Part shown: positions 53,141 through 64,000 of the stretch, one piece after another
How the letters are laid out: each line of letters starts with the position of its first letter
Numbering within the stretch: position 1 is the first letter of the stretch
Source of the DNA: Yuukianura sp. NJ FZ-2021
Taxonomy: Eukaryota
Length of the DNA: 64,000 nt
Reading direction: 5' to 3'
Assembly (NCBI GenBank): GCA_046563655.1
Contig: CM102288.1
Span: 5,146,001 to 5,210,000, forward strand
Made by a program: the position numbers and the translations under genes
Notes under the pieces: generated by a model
The model's database searches: none
The model's input: only the letters and a program-made list of their open reading frames with translations
What the model was told of the DNA's origin: nothing

Positions 53141-53813
53141 CTTGTGAAACCCACATTATGATTTTATCTGAATCCGTCTGTCTGTCCATCTGTCACCAAG
53201 AAGGAAGAAACGCGAACCAATATATAAATTACCTTTTAGGTGTTTAATTCTGGCCTTACTGTAGGAATTATAAAAAGTAAACAGTTACTCCACGATCTTC
53301 CTGCTTTTTAAGTAAACTTTAGATACAAAGCTGCGTGTCTGTCTGTCTGTTACGAATAGCTTCTGTTCCTACCTTTTCATATCCATGAATCTCAACTGAA
53401 TTTAAGTACTGTGACAGTGACCTCTCACGTTTTATACAATGATAATTGACAAATGTTGAAAGTTACATCTTATCTCTGCCGCTACTAGCGTATTGCGTTT
53501 CCAACGTTTTAACACTTCTAAGTTTCTCGTCTGGAAAATAAGTCACAATTTTACTCCGTGTTCTCATAATGAACACTCAGGTGAATGCTGAGGCAGGTCG
53601 CGTGTTAATTTATGGAAATAAGGTTTTGAAAGATCACCTTATTTTTGAAATTACATTCTCACTTAAAAGTCCGGAATAAAAAAGGAATTGCTATAAAATT
53701 GGATCCGTAACAATTTACCTAGTAACAAAAGAATTACGCAAACAGAACAGATTTTCGCGCGTCTTCCATTTTTAATTGTGTCAAATAAAACAATGGATAT
53801 TTCACTATTCTAG

Positions 53814-55350
53814 TGTTGGACATGGATATGGAACTTCACAAAATCTTCGTCATGCTTCCGGACCACATTTACCCGAACGCTGAACCGTCACCTCATCGTT
53901 CCAAATCCAGCTCAGTGGATCCCAATGCACTGGTGACGGGCATTGACTCGACATTTCTGGAAGACATGACGAAACTTGTTCAAAAAACTTCCGGACCAAG
54001 ACGGCTCATTGGCTCATCACCAAAGAGTGCCAGGAAGGAGCAATGGATTGTATTTCCCATACAGAACAAAGGACTCGGAATTTATTTGAGTCAGTAATTT
54101 CTAGCAGCTTTTTAAAGCTTTAATTCGATTAAAAAAATTTCTATCTCAAGGAAGAGTAAAATCTAGTAAATCTAAAATTTTTGAATTCTTTACTAAAATT
54201 CCGAATTTGAAATAGGTAACCATGATGGAACACCATTTTTGTGGAAAGGAGATCTCTGGGACCCAAATTTTACGATTCCAGAAGATGGCGTCAATCTTCC
54301 GTTTGTGTTACCACCTTGTTCACTTGTGTACGGAGAATTTTTGGAAATTCGTCAAAAAGTTTCTGCTAAGGTCTTTGTGGAATTCAATATTATTGATGTG
54401 GGGTCCTTCTTAGGAAAAATGCTTGATTCTGAAAATTTCTATGAACGGTAAGCCAACGAACACGTCATCACAATATATACAATATTTCAGTTATATTAGT
54501 TAGATGATACGATCTATCGGGTGTACCAAAAGTCCATGTAAAGCTTTCAGCAATTCCTTGCTCAAAAAGATCGACGTTTTACAAGTAGCATTGAAGGGCG
54601 GGCTTTTCTCATAGCTGCACTTGTAGCATTCTTTTGTGGCTTTATATAGAGTTTTGGTACGCCCGATATTTTATAAACTTCAATTATAAATATTCATTTA
54701 ATTTACATATCCTCAGGTACTCGCTGTGCAGGAATTACTTTGATCGTTATAGCAAAGAACTTGGCCCTTTGACGGGCAAAATGTTTGTAACTATGAAACC
54801 TACGAAGCCACTTCAACACGTCGCAAAGTCTCTCAGTTTGTAAGCTGCAAATATAATAATTGAAACATATTGACATTATTTATGTCAATATAAATTTTGT
54901 CTTCATTTTAATTAATTTAGAATTTTTTTTTAATTTTTACGGTAAAACTCTTTTGAATTGCTAATTTGTTTAAATATTCTTTAGAATAAAGCGGAACGCG
55001 ACTGAGAAAACGTATTATACTAATCGTACCAACACGTCATTGGATGTGTCTGGAGTCGGCCTAATGCAGGTTTACACAAGTAGCGAAAGCAGTAGGAAAA
55101 ATGAATTCCAGTAAGTGTATGCGTCTTGAATTTTTTTTATTTTACTTATTATTATGATGAAATTTTATATTATATACTAATGCTCTTCATGATAATACAT
55201 CATTTTATTGAAATGACGTGTTTCAGATTCGCCATGAGACGACGCTACATTTTGAATATAGAATACTCTTCGAACTCATTCTTAGACACTACGGTAAAAG
55301 AGTTGTCTAAAGTTTTTGTGGACATGGATGCCCAACCACACAGAACTTAA
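53814..55350 (+). CDS. Protein region resembling the C-terminal guanylyltransferase-like domain of cap methyltransferase CMTR1, with no methyltransferase domain; either a separate gene or the 3' part of the LOTUS gene
   Basis: Exons 53814-54089, 54216-54447, 54717-54839, 54985-55110 and 55227-55350 splice in frame. LPPCSLVYGEF, FNIIDVGSFLGKMLDSENFYERYSLCRNY, FVTMKPTKPL and VSGVGLM follow the order and spacing I recall for the CMTR1 GTase-like domain. An alternative own start is possible at 53569 (ATG...GCAG|gtcgcg, phase 1). Confidence 0.7.
54517..54666. mobile_element. Tc1/mariner-type MITE in an intron
   Basis: TIRs tcgggtgtaccaaaagtc / gagttttggtacgcccga flanked by TA on both sides. Confidence 0.8.
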
Positions 55351-56108
55351 GTCTTTGGATTAAGTGGTCGCTAAGTTGTAACAATTCTAAATTATTACGT
55401 TTGTACAATTGTTACGTTCTTTAAGATCCAACTGTGCCGAATGTTCATTTTCAAATTCTGCAGAAACTGATGTTATCTAGTTCAGAGCTAGGTTTATGTT
55501 ACCAATTTCATTTACTTCAAATTTCATGATCGGTTTAAGTATGCTAGTAACTTAATGTTAAAATGAAAGCTGAAATTTTTCGCAATATTTTGAGTTGTTA
55601 TAGATTTTTAAAAGTTATAAGTTGCTAAACTCAAAAATATTCAAAACTAAAATTACAAAATGCTATGAAAAAAATCAGCAACCCTGTCTAAAACTGCGAT
55701 GTTTATGATTTGACGCTCGATATTCCAGTTTTATTGTCTGCGTCATCAATTTCTCACAGAAAAATCATTCCAAGTGCATATTGACAAGACCTTTCAACTT
55801 TCAAACTGCACTCGCATCTCGCATGAAGTTTATTCTATTCTAAAACCTACTCAACCTAAGGACAAAGGCTCACAAAGTTCTAAGACCAGTATGACTAATC
55901 CCTTTAACTAAAAGTCTATTCTTAGTTTACACTTCAGCCTTCTCTTTATTATAAGAGTACGAGCAATTACTTTTCTTCATTTCAAAATCCAACCAACTGA
56001 AAGTGCTTTTGCGCCAATTTCGCTTAGCGTGAGCGATTTCAATTGCAATTTGTGGAGTGACAAACTTTTAAGTTGAGTTTTGAAATTTCGAAAGTAATAA
56101 ACAGAAAC

Positions 56109-58692
56109 ATGGAAACGATAGAAGACCTGGCTGCTTGCAAGCACTATTTGCTATACGGAAATGACACTGCAGCAGTATTTTGTGACACAATTGAGGAGAA
56201 AATGACGGAGCTAACTTATCTCAAGAGGGCAAGTATTAGCTCGGAAGACACAGAGGATTCGGACTGCTCAAATAGAATGAAAAGTATCCAGTCTTCATTG
56301 GCTTCATTTGTTCAACTTTTTCTGGAAATTGTTGTTGGCGATCTGGAAAAGGCGAAAAAGACGCTGGATGAAGTTGAGGACATTATGATGCTGCTTAATT
56401 CAACGGAGTTTGACCAGAACTACCTTCCGGGATTCGAGTACTTGCATGAGTTGGTCAAACTGCACTTCAAACTGGCTTTCCAAAACGTCGCTGGATACGA
56501 AAATGTTGAGAGTGACATCAAGGTACGACATCCACCACCGACTGAGTTGGACTTGAATGCTGAGTACAGTGATTTGGGAAGTCAGAGCAAATGTGTCGTC
56601 GTTTTAGCAAAGTGGATACTAAATCTAACGCAGCTTCGACGTCGTCGTCAAGAAGGACCTCAAATTATGAGAGAGGTAAAAAGAACAGACGGATTTCCGG
56701 AATTTAATAGAAATGATGAGCAACAAGGTTCCGTGACAACGAAAAGTTAATTTTCTTTCACAGGTTGGGTATTACCTCGCTTGACAGAAAAGCGAAAAGA
56801 AAAAAAATAGTATCAATTTTAGTGCCAATCCAAAAAATTGCTACCAATTTATATGCAAAATCTAAAAAATTCGGCTTTATTGCTATGGCTACGATGCCCT
56901 GAAATGAAAGGACACCTTTTTTGCAAAACCGAAAAAAAAACATTAGGTTGTACCCAACCTTTTAAAGAAAATCAAAGTCCTAACGTCCTTTTGAATATGA
57001 ATTGGTAGCAATTTTTTGGATTGGTACTAAAATTGGTGCTAATTTTTTTGCTTTTCTGTCGAACGAGGTAGTACACCCAACATGTTGAAGGAAATTACCT
57101 AACTTTTCGTTGTCACGGTACCTTGTTGCTCATCATTTCTAAATTAAACAGTCGCTAATGTACTTTTTTTTTGTTTAGATTATTGAGCTGGATCGAACGA
57201 ATTGGTACTGGTATAACCTACTGTACAATAGATTGCGTTTCATGAGAAGGAGTTATGGCGATGGTGCTGCCTCAATGTCCTTGCCATCCATGGAGGAGAT
57301 GCAAACAGTGACCGAAGCACTCAAGCACGTCGGCAGTGACCAATCCAAAAGCAGACTCAGATGCAATGCGAATTTGTGTCAGTGTCTTGCGGAAATCGTG
57401 GCTTTCCAGTGTTCCAAAAACAAATACGAACCGGTAACATTGGACAAAACATACGACGACGTTGCCAAAATGGTGGAGCATATCAAAGCATCTGCAATGT
57501 AAATGTTTTGTAATGTTTTTCTTTGTGAAATTCAACAACACATTTTCATACCACTTTTTCTTCGATTGATGTTTATAGGGATGCTTTATCCTCCTCAAAT
57601 TGTGGATTTGCCGAGTACATTCGGTTTGGAGACATTTTTGGAATAATTCTTCCAGTTGACAAGCGCGACTACGTGATGGCTACTGAATTTATCACCACTG
57701 CCAATAAGAAGTATCCTGACAATTCCAAGGGACACCACAAAATGGGTGCCATCATTGTCAATACTGTAAAAATTAAAATACAAATACTAAATTCTCAGTA
57801 CAGTGAAACCCCTCATTTCGCAACACCCTGAGAACACATCCGACCCATTGAACTACCAAATAGTGTTTGTTTTTATTCCGTTTAGAACTGAAGTCTTTTT
57901 AAATTCCATTTTAATTTTAATTCAGTACGTAGGTCTTTGCGGTATATCCGCTCAGGAACGTTGCGCAACGAGGGGTTCTACTGTAACTATATTACGAATC
58001 CAACACTACAAGTTAACTCTAAAATATTTCAGAGAAAGGGCATGGAAAGTGCAATTCACCATTTTGAAGAAGCCGTTCGCTTGGAACCACGCAGTTTCCC
58101 TGCTTGGATGGATCTCCTTCCAGCACTTTTGGGTGACTACAAGAAGAACGAGGTCAAAGTAAACGAAGTTCTGAAAGACGCTCGTAAAGAGACTCAATGG
58201 ACACAGAGTCAGCTCGGAGCGTTCTGTTTTTACGAAGCATCAATCGCATTCCTCACAGGATCCACTGATAGCGCAGTCAAACTGTGGCGGAAGGCGATGG
58301 AACTGGAATACAACGGTTTCAAAGTTGGAAATTGAAAAATTTTAATTTATATGTGCATTTTTGTGAGCGGTGATTAACTTCATGTTGATATTAATTTTCA
58401 GGAACTTGGTAGAATCAGGGCTCGTTTTAGCTGGCCGAAGGACCATCCGTTGACGTTTGACGCTGTAAAAAGTGCCCTTGGCATTTTATCCTTATCCTTA
58501 TCTTTATCCAAGCAACAACCGGACGTACTAGACGAAATTAACAAACTTCGAAGAATTGTGGAAGAAGCACATCAGAAGACATCAGAATTCTATCACCAGA
58601 AAAATGCAAGAGAAAATGGTCAGCGGAGAAGGCAGCAACCAGCTCAACATCGCGCCAGCGCACGGCTGCATCGGAATTCCGCTGGATCTTGA
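56109..58692 (+). CDS. Tetratricopeptide-repeat / alpha-solenoid protein, 551 aa
   Basis: Exons 56109-56675, 57179-57498, 57579-57765, 58033-58323 and 58402-58692 (1656 nt, in frame). TPR-like motifs: GDLEKAKKTLDEV, IIELDRTNWYWY, ANKKYPDNSKGHHKMG, SAIHHFEEAVRLEPRSFPAW, GSTDSAVKLWRKAMELE. Confidence 0.8.
56708..57141. mobile_element. CAAGG-family MITE with long inverted arms in intron 1 of the TPR gene
   Basis: tagaaatgatgagcaacaaggttccgtgacaacgaaaagtt / aacttttcgttgtcacggtaccttgttgctcatcatttcta, with imperfect inverted similarity continuing about 130 bp inward. Confidence 0.85.
57801..57983. mobile_element. pogo/Tigger-like (Tc1/mariner superfamily) MITE in an intron of the TPR gene
   Basis: TA|cagtgaaacccctcatttcgcaac ... 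gttgcgcaacgaggggttctactg|TA. Confidence 0.8.
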
Positions 58693-58876
58693 GTTCCTTT
58701 CATTTGATTGTAATCTACAGTAAAAAACATTGCGCAAAATCATTGTTTAGGTTTAAACGTAGGAACTTCTCAGTTATATTCCACGGGAAACAACATATAT
58801 GATCACTTTTCATAAATTTTTATACCATTAAACGTATTTCTATGTACATCCTAGGAACGCATGACATATTTTAATG

Positions 58877-59896
58877 TTAGAATTTCAGCGCCATCACAAT
58901 CGCCACTTCGTCTTCCTTTGCGTTCGGCATCAACTGTTGACCATCCTTTCCGACAAAGTCTCTAAAGTATTTCCGTGCAAGTTCTTCAAATCCGTATTTG
59001 ATCACCACTTTCTGCATAAAGGGACTTGTGAAGGTACTTTTGCAGAGTGGAATTCCACGTGACCTGAGGAGATCAAATGACCTCCTGTAGATTTCTGTCG
59101 CAAGTCCTTGACCTCTGTATTTTGGATCCACACTTGTGAAGATCAATTCTGCATACTCCTGGATACCATAACGCTCGTAGATGTTTATAGATTCATCTAG
59201 ACCAAGAACATTTGCACGAATATCTCCAATTATTTTCGATTTGAAATCCAAGGGAGCCTCTTCTGGGTTATCCGGTCTCTCAATGTAAGTCACCATCACG
59301 CCAGCCACCTACAAAAATAAACATTAACATGAACTTGGCTTTTTAACTGTTCCCAACATGCATGGGTTATATGACCGGGTAATCCAAGTGAACTGGCAAT
59401 AAATCTCAGTGGACCCCAAATCACACGAAGGCTGCAAATGTATGTACCTATGCGATGGGTACAATGGGATAGGATCAATTAGAGCAATACTAAAACTTGA
59501 ACCGGAGGGTACAGCGGGGAGCCCAAGTTTACTTCAACCAATCACAAACAATCTTCATGGAATAAGAAAGTGAAAAAACGACACAAGAACGTATGCACAA
59601 CTTCAAAAATGGCGGCAAAATGTTTTTCTTGAAGTTTGTGATACCTCGCTAGTGGTCTTGTCCAAAGCTAAGAAACTGAGCCTGTCAGTTTCGTTTTTCT
59701 TCAAAATGAGAGCAGCGAAACTTGAAAAATCGTCCAGAAAGTCTGAAGATTCGTAAGCTTTCATGGCCTTCTTGATTGGCTCATCCTTGCAAAAAACGTG
59801 GAGTAAATTTTCAAGGACGCGTTCCTCATCTTCGGGTTCAATCATTTTAAACACAAAGTTTTTCCACTCTCCCGCCACACAACTTGATCCCTCCAT
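58877..59896 (-). CDS. GNAT N-acetyltransferase of the insect arylalkylamine/dopamine N-acetyltransferase (AANAT-like) family, 227 aa
   Basis: Two exons, 59896-59645 and 59308-58877 (phase 0). FCKDEP motif, SFLALD...EVAGV, acetyl-CoA motif VDPKYRGQGLA, and TSPFMQKV...GFE. Confidence 0.9.
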
Positions 59897-60026
59897 TTTG
59901 TGCAAAACTAAACTTCTCCGAAAATTTAGTTCCACCGTAAAAATTTCAAAAACAAACTCAAAATTTCAAAAGTCGAAATAAAATTGAATTGAAGAACAGT
60001 TTCACGACAGCTGTTTCAGTTTTAAG

Positions 60027-60295
60027 GGTAGCACGCCATTGTATCAATTGAATTGTATCAACTGCCATTGCATCAACTGAATTGTGTCAATTTGAATTGT
60101 ATCAACTGGTCAATTGTATCAACGACTAATTGTATCAACGAGTGTAATGCTTAGTTCAGCTTAGGTTAGGTTAGGTTACGTTGGTTGATACAAGTAGCCG
60201 TTGACACAATTGAGCGTTGATACAATTCAAATTGACACAATTCAGTTGATGCAATGGCAGTTGATACAATTCAATTGACACAATGGCATGGAACC
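60027..60295. mobile_element. Foldback-type MITE with tandem-repeat arms and a central TTAGG run
   Basis: The arms are built of AATTGTATCAAC-like units and are mutually inverted (ggtagcacgccattgt / acaatggcatggaacc). Centre ttaggttaggttaggtt. 8-bp TSD GTTTTAAG (60019-60026, 60296-60303). Confidence 0.88.
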
Positions 60296-60741
60296 GTTTT
60301 AAGTGTGATACCACACTTCTGCATAAATTCTGCTCCCATACGATCTCTCTGTTTGACCTCGTAATTCACTAAAAACTTTTTCTTAAAGCAAACTTTTGAA
60401 ATTTGCACTCATGAATTAGGTAGTATACTTAGAAACTTCCACTCAACATGACATTTCGAAAGATTACAAAGTCAATTTCGTCGTCAGAGTCAGAGTTATC
60501 GTGCTATAGCCAATGATGAACACCCTAGAGATAATGAACACAATTTATTACAATAAAGTTATTTAATTTAAATAATAATAATAACTAAAGTATTTAAGTA
60601 TGACGCTAATAAGATCAACACTGAATGAGTTAAAATAAAAAAGCGCACGAGTATACGTTTTTTACTGCGATTTTCCAGTTTATATTTTTTTTAATGTGAG
60701 GAACGTCAGCTTTGACTATGTGTTATTTTCCCTGTTCTTTC

Positions 60742-60860
60742 GCCAAGGTCCATACCACGTTGAAAGCACCAGTTCTCGTCCGATCACTGAAGTTAAGCAA
60801 CGTCGGGCCCGGTTAGTACTTGGATGGGTGACCGCCTGGGAACCCCGGGTGCTCTTGGCT
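60742..60860 (+). rRNA. 5S rRNA: 5S rRNA, copy 1
   Basis: GCCAAGGTCCATACCACGTTGAAAGCACCAGTTCTCGTCCGATCACTGAAGTTAAGCAACG...GTACTTGGATGGGTGACCGCCTGGGAAC...CTTGGCT, followed by an oligo-T Pol III terminator. Confidence 0.98.
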
Positions 60861-60947
60861 TTTTTTTTACCGTCATTTTCCAATTTCTATTTTTTTTGAA
60901 TGTGTACAAGTTGTACTTTGACTGTGTGATATTTTCCTTCTCCTTTC

Positions 60948-61066
60948 GCCAAGGTCCATACCACGTTGAAAGCACCAGTTCTCGTCCGATCACTGAAGTT
61001 AAGCAACGTCGGGCCCGGTTAGTACTTGGATGGGTGACCGCCTGGGAACCCCGGGTGCTCTTGGCT
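60948..61066 (+). rRNA. 5S rRNA: 5S rRNA, copy 2
   Basis: Identical to copy 1; oligo-T terminator. Confidence 0.98.
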
Positions 61067-61154
61067 TCTTTTTTTTTACCGCCATTCTCCAACTTCTTTT
61101 TTTGGAACATGGACAACTTGTACTTTGACTACATGATAATTTCCTTCTCCTTTC

Positions 61155-61273
61155 GCCAAGGTCCATACCACGTTGAAAGCACCAGTTCTCGTCCGATCAC
61201 TGAAGTTAAGCAACGTCGGGCCCGGTTAGTACTTGGATGGGTGACCGCCTGGGAACCCCGGGTGCTCTTAGCT
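61155..61273 (+). rRNA. 5S rRNA: 5S rRNA, copy 3 (one substitution)
   Basis: As copy 1 except G>A at 61270 in the terminal helix. Confidence 0.97.
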
Positions 61274-61362
61274 TTTTTTTTACCGTCATTTTCCAATTTC
61301 TATTTTTTTTTTGAATGTGTACAAGTTGTACTTTGACTGTGTGATATTTTCCTTCTCCTTTC

Positions 61363-61481
61363 GCCAAGGTCCATACCACGTTGAAAGCACCAGTTCTCGT
61401 CCGATCACTGAAGTTAAGCAACGTCGGGCCCGGTTAGTACTTGGATGGGTGACCGCCTGGGAACCCCGGGTGCTCTTGGCT
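61363..61481 (+). rRNA. 5S rRNA: 5S rRNA, copy 4
   Basis: Identical to copy 1; oligo-T terminator. Confidence 0.98.
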
Positions 61482-62004
61482 TCTTTTTTTTACCCACGTT
61501 CTCCAACTCCTTTTTTTTGAACGTGGACACTCATGAGATAAATGCCGATAACCGATAACAAATGATGTACGCACTCACATTAATGCAATCATGCCAAAAG
61601 TTTAAAGAACTCTGGACTTTCCTCCCTCTTTTACGAATATAAAGGTCTTGTTTTTCTTTCCAATGTCGTGTTCATGGCATAGCTCATTTTGTTGCAATTT
61701 TTTGTTTCGTGCTAGAGATCTGGAACCGGATTTTGGAAGTAAACCTTCATTGCTTCATTGGAAGACTGTAGTTTCTCATTTTCAGTTTGATTTCGATTTC
61801 ATAGCTACGCTTTCTTATTGTCCGTGAACTTCCAAACTGTCTGCCTTTTCTTCGTGTGTTTAGAAAATTCACATCGCCATCAACGCCGTGCACAATTTTT
61901 CCACTTCTTTTCTTTCCGCCTGGGGCTAAAGTTTTCCTGTTGTTCATTTATTTTCAATTTCCACTTCAAAGATATAAAAGTGTACAAATTGTGCAATTCG
62001 CGAT

Positions 62005-63991
<1,987 letters not shown>

Positions 63992-64000
63992 GTATGTCAA

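Noticed and set aside
60696..61520. Repetitive ORFs (RQGPYHVESTSSRP...) on both strands
   Set aside because: Spurious translations of the 5S rRNA array.

Overview
AT-rich, intron-containing arthropod genomic DNA. TTAGG runs, a TCAGT/DPE promoter and the gene set point to a hexapod, possibly a springtail; that assignment is inference. The left part holds the 5' half of a minus-strand Roundabout (Robo) gene: 5 Ig domains plus FN3-1 and the start of FN3-2, in 9 coding exons between 198 and 15397, with a probable non-coding first exon and Inr+DPE promoter at about 36.2-36.6 kb. A small plus-strand gene for a secreted CBM14 + knottin protein (17300-17917) lies in its presumed large 5' intron, and many MITEs and non-autonomous DNA transposons are scattered through the locus. 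The gene-dense right end carries, in order, a LOTUS/OST-HTH-like protein with many TQT motifs, a splice-compatible CMTR1-type guanylyltransferase-like domain, a TPR protein, an AANAT-like GNAT acetyltransferase, four tandem 5S rRNA genes and a carboxylesterase that runs off the window. The most notable observations are a possible LOTUS-TQT-CMTR1(GTase-like) fusion next to an IFIT-like TPR gene, a 450-nt in-frame acidic exitron candidate inside Robo FN3-1, and the CBM14-knottin fusion. All domain calls come from reading and splicing by eye; no searches were run.
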